Of a stretch of 34,184 bases of DNA, positions 16,246 through 24,424 are shown piece after piece. Positions within the stretch are counted from its first letter, which is position 1. Each line of letters starts with the position of its first letter. The stretch comes from Acidimicrobiia bacterium (GTDB taxonomy: Bacteria; Actinomycetota; Acidimicrobiia; Spongiisociales; JAENVV01). The stretch spans positions 1-34,184 of the forward strand of contig JBFLKR010000048.1 of NCBI GenBank assembly GCA_040883295.1, given 5' to 3'. The position numbers and the translations under genes were made by a program. The notes below the pieces were generated by a model. It saw only the letters and a program-made list of their open reading frames with translations, was not told the origin of the DNA and did no database searches.

Positions 16246-16679
16246 ACAGTCCCTCCCGCCGACAGGCGGGTGGCGAACGCCTCCACCTCGCGGGGGAGGC
16301 CGTTGCGGACGCTCTTCTCGACCGGGCCGAACGCCATCTTCACGAGCATCGAGCGGGGCAGCAGCTCTGCTCCGACGGCCAGCTTCGTGCGCGTTTCGCC
16401 GTTCGATTCGAGGCGCACCGCCAGCCGGGCTCCGAGATCCTTCGAGTCGAGCCGCAGGGTCATCGCCTCGGACGGGCGTCGCCCGACCACCGAGGCCTCG
16501 CCATCGAACCGCATCCCCGCCACCTCGATGTGGAAGTCGAACGCCTCGAGCAGGTCCCCGTCGTGGCGGACGTCGTGGACGCCCTGGATGCCGGCGATCC
16601 CCTCCCAGGTGGAGGCGGTCTGCAGGGCGGCCCAGACGTCGTCCATCGGGGCGTCGACGGTGGTGGTGTGGGCGATCAC
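16242..16679 (-). CDS. SRPBCC-superfamily protein (polyketide cyclase/CoxG-like fold)
   Basis: 145 aa. MIAHTTTVDAPMDDVWAALQTASTWEGI opening is typical of SRPBCC proteins. GTGA overlap with the upstream peptidase gene. Its stop overlaps the atpC stop (CTAG). Confidence 0.65.
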   Translation of the reverse strand: MIAHTTTVDAPMDDVWAALQTASTWEGIAGIQGVHDVRHDGDLLEAFDFHIEVAGMRFDGEASVVGRRPSEAMTLRLDSKDLGARLAVRLESNGETRTKLAVGAELLPRSMLVKMAFGPVEKSVRNGLPREVEAFATRLSAGGTV

Positions 16680-18706
16680 GCCGGGACGCTACCGAGGTGA
16701 TGGGCGAGGAAGCCGTACGCGTCGGCGGCCTCGTCGATGAGCTTGCTGGTCGGCTTGCCCAGCCCGTGGCCGGCCCGGGTCTCGACCCGGACCAGGAGCG
16801 GCCGTTCGGACGTGCCTCCGGCGGCGTGCTGCAGCGTCGCGGCGAACTTCAGCGAGTGCATCGGCACGACCCGGTCGTCGGTCTCGGCGGTGAGGACCAG
16901 GGTCGGCGGGTACTCGACGCCGGAGCGGACGTTGTGGAGCGGTGAGTAGGCGATGAGCCAGGCGAATGCCTCGGGGTCGGCCGCGTCTCCGTACTCGACG
17001 GTCCAGTACCGGCCCGCGGTGAAGCGCTGGTAGCGCAGCATGTCGGTGACCGGGACCTGGGCGACCACCGCCCCGAACAGCTCGGGGCGCTGGAGCATCA
17101 CGGCGGTCACCAGCAGGCCGCCGTTGGACCCGCCCCGGATGCCGAGGCGGTCCGGCGTGGTGGTCCCGTCGGCGACCAGTGCCTCGCCACAGGCGATGAA
17201 GTCGTCGAAGACCTGCTGCTTCGCACCCAACATGCCTTGTTCGTGCCAGGTCTCCCCGTGCTCGGAGCCGCCCCGGAGGTTGGCCGATGCCACCACGCCG
17301 CCTGCCTCCAGCCACGCCAGCCGGGCGGGGTTGAACATCGGGGTGACGTTGATGTTGAACCCGCCGTAACCGTAGAGCTCGGTGGGGGCCGGGAGCTCGG
17401 TGCCCCGATGCCGCAGCACGAACATCCCGACCTCGGCCCCGTCGGACGAGGTGGCGTGGCGCCGCTCCACGACGACGTCGTCGGGCGGCAGCGGCGGGGC
17501 GGCCCCGGCGAAGACCTCGGTCGTCCCGTCCTCCCAGCGGAGCGCGGTGGGCGGGTGGAGGAACGACTGGTAGCCGAGGTGGATGACCGGGTCGTCGAGG
17601 CGGCCGGTGACCTCGGCGACGGTGCCGGGACCGGGGAGCGGGATCGTCCCCAGCTCCGAGCCGTCGAGGCCGTACCGACGGACCACGTGGGCGGCGTCCG
17701 CCAGCGTGATGGTCACGATCCCCCCGGCGCGGGCGACGGCGACCTCCATGGGGTCGCCCTCGGGCACGACCGTGCGCCGGGCCGTGAGGTCGTCGAAGGG
17801 GATGTGGACGATCCGGTGGTTGGGGGCGTCGAGATCGGTCTCGATCAACAGCCCGTCGTCCCCGACGGCGACGAAGCCGTACACCGCCTCGCCGGGATCG
17901 GCGACCCGCACGAAGTCGTCCGGTCCGTCGGCGCCCAGCGGGGCGACGAGGAGGCCGTTGCGGATGGAGGTGCCCGACCACTCGGTGAGCACGAGCCACG
18001 CACCATCGTGGGACACCGTGGCGTCGTAGCCGAGCTCGGGCTCCTCGGGGTTGGCGAACACCAGGTCGTCATCGGCCTGGTCGGCGCCGAGGCGATGGAA
18101 GTGCACCGACATGTCGGTGAACAGGCCCACGTCGCCCTCGGGCACCTCGGGGAAGCGGCTGTAGAAGAAGCCGTCGCCGTGCCAGGCGAACGAGGTGAAG
18201 CGGAGGTGGCGCAACTCGTCGTCGAGGTGCTCGCCGGTGTCGGTTCGCACGACGTGCGCCACCTGCCGATCGGACCCGGCCTCCGACGTGGTGTAGACCA
18301 CGTGGGCGCCATCGGGGGACAGCGACCACACCGGCACCGCCACGGCACCGTCGTCGGACATCGTGTTGGGATCGAGCAGGACCCGAGGGTCGCCCCGGTC
18401 GACCGAGACCATGAGCACGGGCTGGTCGGCGAGGCCGTCGTTGTGTGACCAGACGGCCACTCCGTTGCGGGCGATGGGGGCGCCGGTGCGGGGGACGTCC
18501 CACAACTCGGCGATGCGCCGCCGCAGGCGGCCCACCTCCGGCAGCGAGGCGAGATGGGGCAGCGTGATCGCGTTCTGGTCGGCCACGAAGGCCTGCGTCT
18601 CGGGGTCGTGGGGATCCTCCAGCCAGCGGTAGGGGTCGGCGACCGCGGTCCCGTGGTGGTCGTCGACCACGTCGGCGCGCCGGGCCGGGGGGTACGTGAA
18701 GGGCAT
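16676..18706 (-). CDS. Prolyl oligopeptidase (S9A serine peptidase)
   Basis: From MPFTYPPARRADVVDDHHGTAVADPYRWLED (ATG 18706) within ORF 16676..19078. Catalytic triad contexts GGSNGGLL, TAETDDRV and RAGHG. 676 aa. Confidence 0.9.
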   Translation of the reverse strand: MPFTYPPARRADVVDDHHGTAVADPYRWLEDPHDPETQAFVADQNAITLPHLASLPEVGRLRRRIAELWDVPRTGAPIARNGVAVWSHNDGLADQPVLMVSVDRGDPRVLLDPNTMSDDGAVAVPVWSLSPDGAHVVYTTSEAGSDRQVAHVVRTDTGEHLDDELRHLRFTSFAWHGDGFFYSRFPEVPEGDVGLFTDMSVHFHRLGADQADDDLVFANPEEPELGYDATVSHDGAWLVLTEWSGTSIRNGLLVAPLGADGPDDFVRVADPGEAVYGFVAVGDDGLLIETDLDAPNHRIVHIPFDDLTARRTVVPEGDPMEVAVARAGGIVTITLADAAHVVRRYGLDGSELGTIPLPGPGTVAEVTGRLDDPVIHLGYQSFLHPPTALRWEDGTTEVFAGAAPPLPPDDVVVERRHATSSDGAEVGMFVLRHRGTELPAPTELYGYGGFNINVTPMFNPARLAWLEAGGVVASANLRGGSEHGETWHEQGMLGAKQQVFDDFIACGEALVADGTTTPDRLGIRGGSNGGLLVTAVMLQRPELFGAVVAQVPVTDMLRYQRFTAGRYWTVEYGDAADPEAFAWLIAYSPLHNVRSGVEYPPTLVLTAETDDRVVPMHSLKFAATLQHAAGGTSERPLLVRVETRAGHGLGKPTSKLIDEAADAYGFLAHHLGSVPA

Positions 18707-18723
18707 GGGAGCCACGCTACCGG

Positions 18724-19698
18724 TCAGGCCGGCTCGGACGCGAAGAGGTCGAGGCCGAGCGTTCGCGAGAGGTGGGCGGCCACGAGTTGGCCCCGCACCG
18801 AGTTGCCGGCCGCGTCCACCGGCGGGGAGAAGGTCCCGAGCCCGCCCTTGCCGGGCGACACGGTCACGATCCCACCCCCGATGCCGCTCTTGCCGGGAAG
18901 TCCGACGGCGTGGAGCCAGTCTCCGGAGGTCTCGTACAGGCCGGCCGTGGTCATGGCCGCGAGCACGTGGCGGCAGGTGACGGCCGAGACCACCCGCTCG
19001 CCGGTGACCGGGTTGACCCCGCCATCGGCGAGGGTGGCGCCCATCGTGGCCAGGTCGACGGTGGTGACCGAGACGCAACTCTGGCGGGTGTAGCGATCGA
19101 GCGCCTCGTCGGGATCGGCGGCGATCGCCCCGACACCCACCAGTCGCCTGGTCAACTCCTGGTTGCGGTGGTTGGTTGCCGAGGCCGAGGCGTAGACCTC
19201 CTCGTCCACCACGAGGGTGCGCCCGGCGAAGGCGCCGAGCGCGGCGAGCGTCGTCGACCAGCGCTCGTCGGCGTCGGCCCCCGGCACCAGGGCCGTCGTC
19301 ACGATCGCCCCGGGGTTCACCATCGGGTTGGTCCGACCGGCCGGGTCGCGGCCGATGGCCGCCGGGTCGTTGAAGGACAGACCGGTGGCGTTGGCGCCGA
19401 CCCGGGCCACGGCCTCATCGGGTCCGAGGGCGTCGCAGACGAGCGCGAACACGAACGGCTTGGCGACGCTCATGATCGGGAAGACGACGCTGGCGTCGCC
19501 GGCGAGGTGGGTCGCCCCGTTCACGCCGACGACGGCGATGCCGAACGAGTTCGGGTCGGCCCGCTCGAGGGCGGGGTAGACGTCGGAGGGACGACCGTCG
19601 TCGACCGCTCGGAACCGCTCGTGGGCCTCGGCGACCAGGGTCCGGGTGCGATCGGGACCGGGGAGGTGCCCGGTGGAGACGAAACGAACCGTCGTCAT
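18724..19698 (-). CDS. glsA: Glutaminase A
   Basis: 324 aa. Ser-x-x-Lys at MSVAKPF, PGKSGIGGGI and the overall beta-lactamase-like glutaminase pattern. Confidence 0.9.
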   Translation of the reverse strand: MTTVRFVSTGHLPGPDRTRTLVAEAHERFRAVDDGRPSDVYPALERADPNSFGIAVVGVNGATHLAGDASVVFPIMSVAKPFVFALVCDALGPDEAVARVGANATGLSFNDPAAIGRDPAGRTNPMVNPGAIVTTALVPGADADERWSTTLAALGAFAGRTLVVDEEVYASASATNHRNQELTRRLVGVGAIAADPDEALDRYTRQSCVSVTTVDLATMGATLADGGVNPVTGERVVSAVTCRHVLAAMTTAGLYETSGDWLHAVGLPGKSGIGGGIVTVSPGKGGLGTFSPPVDAAGNSVRGQLVAAHLSRTLGLDLFASEPA

Positions 19699-19767
19699 GG
19701 CGGGAGGCTAGGGGGTGGGCGGGCGAGCCGTCCCCTTGTGTCCCTCGCTGCCTACCCTGCCACCTCC

Positions 19768-20616
19768 ATGCCCGGACTGCTCGCATTCCACGCCCACCCC
19801 GACGACGAGGTGACCTCCACCGGGGGCACCCTGGCCCGCTACGCCGCCGCCGGCGAGCAGGTCGTCGTCGTGACGGCCACCGACGGGGCCGAGGGCGAGA
19901 TCCACAACTACGACGACCCCGAGGCGATCAAGCCCCACCTCGCCGAGTACCGGGAGCGGGAGATCGCCGAGGCCCTCGCCATCCTCGGCGTCGAGCACCA
20001 CGAGTTCCTCGGGTATCGGGACTCCGGGATGATGGGCGAGCCCTCCAACGACCATCCCGAGAGCTTCTGGCGAGCCGACTTCACCGAGGCGGTGGGAAAG
20101 CTCGTGCACCTGATCCGGCGCTACGAGCCCGAGGTCATGATCATCTACGACCCGATCGGCGGCTACGGGCACCCCGACCACATCAACGTCCATCGGGTGG
20201 GCCTCGCCGCCTACTACATGGTCCGCGACCTGGGTCGCTACCCACTCGAGGACGACGAGCGGGAGTGGGCGCCCCGCAAGCTCTACTGGAGCGCCTGGGC
20301 CCGCAGCCGGGTGCGAGCGTTCGCCGAGCAGCGCCACGCCGCCGGCCAACTCTCCGACGAGGAGTACGAGCGGATGCGCCATGGCGGGTACCCGGACGAG
20401 GACATCCACGCCTGGATCTCGGTGGAGCGGTTCTGGGAGCAGAAGGAGCGGGCCTGGAAGGCCCACCGCACCCAGATCCCCGAGGATTGGTTCATGTTCC
20501 AGGTGCCCGCCGAGCAGCGTCCCGCCGTGTTCGGGGCCGAGGCGTTCGTGCGGGTGGCGACCCGCGATCTCGTGTGCCACGACCCCGAGGACGACCTCTT
20601 CGCCGGCCTCCGCTGA
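19768..20616 (+). CDS. PIG-L/LmbE-family deacetylase (MshB/Mca-like)
   Basis: MPGLLAFHAHPDDE... and GGYGHPDHI zinc-binding motifs. ATG 19768 within ORF 18772..20616. Confidence 0.85.
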   Translation: MPGLLAFHAHPDDEVTSTGGTLARYAAAGEQVVVVTATDGAEGEIHNYDDPEAIKPHLAEYREREIAEALAILGVEHHEFLGYRDSGMMGEPSNDHPESFWRADFTEAVGKLVHLIRRYEPEVMIIYDPIGGYGHPDHINVHRVGLAAYYMVRDLGRYPLEDDEREWAPRKLYWSAWARSRVRAFAEQRHAAGQLSDEEYERMRHGGYPDEDIHAWISVERFWEQKERAWKAHRTQIPEDWFMFQVPAEQRPAVFGAEAFVRVATRDLVCHDPEDDLFAGLR

Positions 20617-20624
20617 CCCGTCGG

Positions 20625-20675
20625 CTTCCTGTCGGGCCCATCCTGCTCCTGGCTGGCCGAGCCCGACAGGAACGA
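20625..20675 (+). repeat. 51-nt palindromic intergenic element, copy Y
   Basis: CTTCCTGTCGGGCCCATCCTGCTCCTGGCTGGCCGAGCCCGACAGGAACGA. Perfect 12-bp arms: TTCCTGTCGGGC / GCCCGACAGGAA. Starts 8 nt after the stop at 20616. Confidence 0.5.
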
Positions 20676-20731
20676 GTGGGAGGGGGCGACCGATCTCCTT
20701 CGGCGGCCTGCGTCCCCGGTAGCGTCCGCCC

Positions 20732-21118
20732 ATGGCGACGCCCGACCTCCTCTCGATCATCACCCACGACATGGCGGCCTCGCTCGCCTTCTACCGCCTG
20801 CTCGGGATGGACGTTCCCGCGGACGCCGACGCCGAGAGCCACGTCGAGGTGACGCTCCCCGGCGGGTTCCGGATCGCCTGGGACACGGTCGCCGTCGTCC
20901 GATCCTTCGACGACGACTGGACCGAACCGTCGGGTGGGCACCGCATGGGGTACGCCTTCCGCTGTGACACGCCCGCCGAGGTGGATGCGCTCCACGACCG
21001 GGTGGTCGCCGCCGGCCACCCGTCCCACAAGGCCCCCTGGGATGCCTTCTGGGGCCAGCGCTACGCCATCGTCGTGGACCCCGACGGCAACCCGGTCGAC
21101 CTGTTCGCCGACGTCTGA
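20732..21118 (+). CDS. VOC-family protein (glyoxalase/bleomycin-resistance fold)
   Basis: 128 aa. ...SLAFYRLLGMD...WGQRYAIVVDPDGNPVDLF is typical of the VOC superfamily. Confidence 0.8.
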   Translation: MATPDLLSIITHDMAASLAFYRLLGMDVPADADAESHVEVTLPGGFRIAWDTVAVVRSFDDDWTEPSGGHRMGYAFRCDTPAEVDALHDRVVAAGHPSHKAPWDAFWGQRYAIVVDPDGNPVDLFADV

Positions 21119-21131
21119 TGGCCCGCCCCTG

Positions 21132-21512
21132 ATGGCCCGTATCGGCACCTTCGACGAGCTGCTGGCCGAGGCCGACGAGGCCGTCCGTCCGGTCGCCTCG
21201 GCGTTGCGGGCCATGGTCCTCGACGTCCATCCCGACGCCGTCGAGGTCGTGCGCCTCGGCGACCGGGCGGCGACCTACGGCGTTGGCCCGAAGAAGATGT
21301 CGGAGGGCCACACCTACGTCATGCCCCAGTCGTCGTGGGTGAACCTCGGCTTCTACCACGGGGCGGCCCTGCCCGACCCCGACGGCCGACTGGAGGGGAC
21401 CGGCGCGCGCCTGCGGCACGTCAAGGTGCGATCGGTCGAGGGGGCCAGGGGCCCCGCCCTGCGAGCCCTGGTCGAGGCGGCGCTGGCGGAACGCCGGGTG
21501 GCGCTGGGCTAG
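21132..21512 (+). CDS. DUF1801 (YdhG-like) domain protein
   Basis: MARIGTFDELLAEADEAVRPVASALRAMVLDVHPDAVEVV...WVNLGFYHGAALPDP. ATG 21132 within ORF 20934..21512. Confidence 0.6.
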   Translation: MARIGTFDELLAEADEAVRPVASALRAMVLDVHPDAVEVVRLGDRAATYGVGPKKMSEGHTYVMPQSSWVNLGFYHGAALPDPDGRLEGTGARLRHVKVRSVEGARGPALRALVEAALAERRVALG

Positions 21513-22084
21513 CCGCCCACGCGGTCGAGGAACGCCAGCACCCGCTCGAGCACCAGCGCGGCCGACGCCGGGTCGTGGTCGGGCGTGCTCGAGTCGGTGA
21601 ACAGGTGGGTCGATCCCTCGTACACGAAGAGCTCGGCGTCGGCCCGACCCTGCACCTGGTCGACGAGGTCGGTGAGCACGTCGAGGTCGCCCCAGTCGTC
21701 ATCACGGTTGGTGTGGGCGGCCAGCGCCACCCGCTCGGGCCAGTCACCGAACGCCGAGACCGGGACCCCGGCGTGGAGGAGCACCGCCCCCAGCGCACCC
21801 GGCCGGGTCTGGGCCAGTCGCTGGGCGGGGAGCACGCCGAGTGACATGCCGGCGTACACCACCCGTTCGGGGAGGGCCTCGGCGGCGGCGACCCCGGCGG
21901 CCACGATGACGTCGAAGCCCACCTCCTCGGCGTGGGCCACGCCGGCCTCGAGGCCGGAGAACGTGCGGCCCTCGTAGAGGTCGGGTGTCGTCACCCGGTG
22001 GCCCCCGGCGCGCAGGCCATCGGCGAAGGCCACGACGCCGTCGGTGAGCCCGAGGGCATGGTGGAAGAGCAGGACGTCGGCCAT
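21509..22084 (-). CDS. Dienelactone hydrolase-family alpha/beta hydrolase
   Basis: MADVLLFHHALGLTDGVVAFADGLRAGGHRVTTPDLYEG... ATG 22084 preceded by GAGGAGG. The longer ORF-track start lacks an SD. Confidence 0.7.
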   Translation of the reverse strand: MADVLLFHHALGLTDGVVAFADGLRAGGHRVTTPDLYEGRTFSGLEAGVAHAEEVGFDVIVAAGVAAAEALPERVVYAGMSLGVLPAQRLAQTRPGALGAVLLHAGVPVSAFGDWPERVALAAHTNRDDDWGDLDVLTDLVDQVQGRADAELFVYEGSTHLFTDSSTPDHDPASAALVLERVLAFLDRVGG

Positions 22085-22159
22085 CGGGCCTCCTCGTGGG
22101 GCTGTCGACGACCGTAATCGACCGGTCCTACCCACGGCGGCTCCCTACCCTTCCCGCCC

Positions 22160-23755
22160 GTGCTCCTCGCTCGCGGCGTCCGCATCGAGGTCGGTCCCCG
22201 AGTCCTGCTCGCCGAGGCCGACCTGACCCTCCAACCCGGCGACAAGGTCGGGTTGGTGGGTCGCAATGGCGCGGGCAAGACGACCCTCATGCGGGTGCTG
22301 GCCGGCGAGGCCCGGCCGGCGGCCGGGACCATCACCCGGTCGGGGCGGATGGGCTACTTCTCCCAGGAGGCGCACCTCCCCCTCGATGGTCGGCCGCTGA
22401 CGGGCCTCGACCGGATCCTCGAGGCTCGCGGCATCGGGCGACTCCTCGTCCGGATGGAGGAGACCCGGCGTGCCGCCGAAACGGCGACCGGCGACGACCT
22501 CGATCGGCTCATCCGTCGTCAGGCCCGCCTCCAGGACGAACTCGACACCCAGGGCGGGTACGCCGCCGAGGCGGAGGCCAAGCGAATCGCGGCCAACGTC
22601 GGCATCGCCAACGACGAACTCGGCCAACAGGTGGCCTCCATGTCGGGTGGCCAACGGCGGCGGGTCGAGCTCGCCCGGATCCTCTTCGCCGAGACCGACT
22701 TCCTGCTCCTCGACGAGCCCACCAACCACCTCGACCTCGACGCCAAGGCGTGGCTCATGGACTGGATCGCCGCCTACAAGGGGGCCGTGCTGGTGGTCTC
22801 CCACGACCTGCCGCTGCTCGACGAGGCGATCACCTCGGTGGCCAGCCTCGAGCACCAGCGCCTCGAGTCCTATCGCGGGAACTACTCCCACTTCCTCGCC
22901 GAACGGGAGCGTCGTCGCGAGCAGCGGGAGAAGGAGCGCCGCCACCAGGACCGCAAGATCGCCCAGCTGGAGGCGACGGCCACCCGCTTCAAGGGCAAGA
23001 CCGAGAAGATGGCCCGCAAGGCCAAGACCCTCGAGACCCGCGCCGAGCGCATCAAGCGGGACCTCGTCGAGGTGGAGCGCCGGGGCAAGCAGGTGGCCGT
23101 CCGGTTCCCGTCGGCGCCGCCCGCCAACCGCACCCCGCTCGAAGCGAACGGCCTCGGCAAGGCGTTCGGCGACAACGTGGTGTTCCTCGACGTCGACGTC
23201 GTGCTCGACCGCGGCGAGACCCTGCTGCTCATGGGCCTCAACGGCGCCGGCAAGACGACGCTCCTGCGGATCCTCGCGGGCGTCGAGACCCAGGACCTCG
23301 GGGTCGTGTCCATGGGCGACAAGACGGTGCTCGGCTACTACGCCCAGGAACACGAGCAGATCCACCCCGGCACCACCGTGTTCGACCACGTCCGGGCGGT
23401 CAGCGACCTGCCCGACCCCGAGATCCGGTCGCTGCTCGGCCACTTCCTGCTCGCCGACAAGGTCGACCAGGACGCGGGGACGCTCTCCGGTGGGGAGAAG
23501 ACCAAGTTGGCGCTGGCCCAGGTCGTCCTCGCCCGCCCCAACGTGCTGCTGTTGGACGAGCCCACCAACAACCTCGACCCCCAGGCCAAGGAGGCGCTGC
23601 TGGAGGCCCTCGAGGCGTTCGGGGGGACGATCGTCCTGGTCAGCCACGACACCGACTTCGTCGCCGACCTGGTCCCCGACCGGGCGCTCATGATGCCCGA
23701 CGGCGAGGTCCGCTGGTTCGACGAGGAGTTGCTGGAGTTGGTGGCACTCGCGTGA
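22160..23755 (+). CDS. ABC-F family ATPase (two NBDs, no TMD; translation factor / possible ribosome-protection type)
   Basis: NBD1: GRNGAGKTT, MSGGQRRRVELARIL, LLLDEPTNHLD. Arg/Lys/Glu-rich linker. NBD2: GLNGAGKTT, LSGGEKTKLALAQVV, LLLDEPTNNLD. Confidence 0.9.
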   Translation: MLLARGVRIEVGPRVLLAEADLTLQPGDKVGLVGRNGAGKTTLMRVLAGEARPAAGTITRSGRMGYFSQEAHLPLDGRPLTGLDRILEARGIGRLLVRMEETRRAAETATGDDLDRLIRRQARLQDELDTQGGYAAEAEAKRIAANVGIANDELGQQVASMSGGQRRRVELARILFAETDFLLLDEPTNHLDLDAKAWLMDWIAAYKGAVLVVSHDLPLLDEAITSVASLEHQRLESYRGNYSHFLAERERRREQREKERRHQDRKIAQLEATATRFKGKTEKMARKAKTLETRAERIKRDLVEVERRGKQVAVRFPSAPPANRTPLEANGLGKAFGDNVVFLDVDVVLDRGETLLLMGLNGAGKTTLLRILAGVETQDLGVVSMGDKTVLGYYAQEHEQIHPGTTVFDHVRAVSDLPDPEIRSLLGHFLLADKVDQDAGTLSGGEKTKLALAQVVLARPNVLLLDEPTNNLDPQAKEALLEALEAFGGTIVLVSHDTDFVADLVPDRALMMPDGEVRWFDEELLELVALA

Positions 23756-23770
23756 ACCCGGCCCTTGCCA

Positions 23771-23790
23771 CATGCTACGCCGGTAGCATG
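23771..23790. promoter_or_regulatory. Perfect palindrome upstream of mazE (candidate antitoxin operator / promoter region)
   Basis: CATGCTAC gccg GTAGCATG, 9 nt before ATG 23799. Contains TAGCAT (23784-23789, TAnnnT). Confidence 0.4.
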
Positions 23791-23798
23791 ATGGTGGC

Positions 23799-24035
23799 AT
23801 GCCACGCACTCGCATCAGCACCACGGTCGACGCCGACCTGCTCGCCGCGGCCCGGCGGGCCTGCGCGGGCGACACCGACGCCCAACTGGTCGACGAGGCC
23901 CTGACGGCGTTGCTCGACCAGTACCGAGCCGCCGAGATCGACGCGGCGTACGCCGTCGCCTACTCGGCCCATCCGGTTGACGAACCCGACGAGTGGGGCG
24001 ACCTCGCATCGTTCCGCGAGGCTGCGTCCCGATGA
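23799..24035 (+). CDS. mazE: Type II antitoxin, MazE-like (RHH-type N-terminus, acidic Trp-containing C-terminus)
   Basis: [21 protein letters not shown]...[18 protein letters not shown]. Its stop overlaps the toxin ATG (ATGA). Confidence 0.7.
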   Translation: MPRTRISTTVDADLLAAARRACAGDTDAQLVDEALTALLDQYRAAEIDAAYAVAYSAHPVDEPDEWGDLASFREAASR

Positions 24036-24358
24036 ACGACCTCCCTCGACGGGGAGAGGTCTGGTGGTGCGAACCACCGGGGGTCGGGCGCCGGCCGGTG
24101 GTGGTCCTGTCCCGCGACGCGGCCATCCCTCGACTGCGCCGTGCGCTCGTGGCGCCGTGCACCACCACGATCCGGGGTCTCGCCAGCGAGGTCGAGCTCG
24201 ACCCGAGCGAGGACCCGATCCCGCGGAGGAGCGCTGTCAACCTCGACTCGGTCGAGTCGGTGTCGATCGGCCTGCTCGTCGAGCGGATCGGTGTTCTGGG
24301 TGGCCGCCGGATGGCCGAGGTCTGCTCGGCGCTGGCTGTGGCCGCCGACTGCAGGTAG
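24032..24358 (+). CDS. mazF: Type II toxin, MazF/PemK-family endoribonuclease
   Basis: [54 protein letters not shown]...AVNLDSV resembles mycobacterial MazF toxins. Confidence 0.85.
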   Translation: MNDLPRRGEVWWCEPPGVGRRPVVVLSRDAAIPRLRRALVAPCTTTIRGLASEVELDPSEDPIPRRSAVNLDSVESVSIGLLVERIGVLGGRRMAEVCSALAVAADCR

Positions 24359-24424
24359 CGGTGAGGCGCCGACGGAGACGCGCGTCGGACCGTGACAAAT
24401 GCCTGCCGCCGGTACGATCCGTCG

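Noticed and set aside
16255-16270. CCCGCC-gaca-GGCGGG hairpin just after the atpC stop
   Set aside because: It has a 6-bp stem and lies inside the 3' coding end of the convergent SRPBCC gene. It may help terminate the atp operon but is not convincing alone.
18707-19078. N-terminal 124-aa extension of the peptidase ORF (track start 19078)
   Set aside because: It overlaps the 3' part of glsA in another frame and is Arg/His/Gly-rich. The conserved peptidase N-terminus (MPFTYPPA...DPYRWLED) begins at ATG 18706.
24369-24388. Short hairpin CCGACG-N8-CGTCGG after mazF
   Set aside because: It has only a 6-bp stem and no U-tract. This is too weak to call a terminator.
23756-24424. mazEF as part of a mobile element or genomic island
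   Set aside because: There is no integrase, transposase, tRNA target or flanking direct repeats within several kb. Composition by eye is the same as the neighbouring genes.
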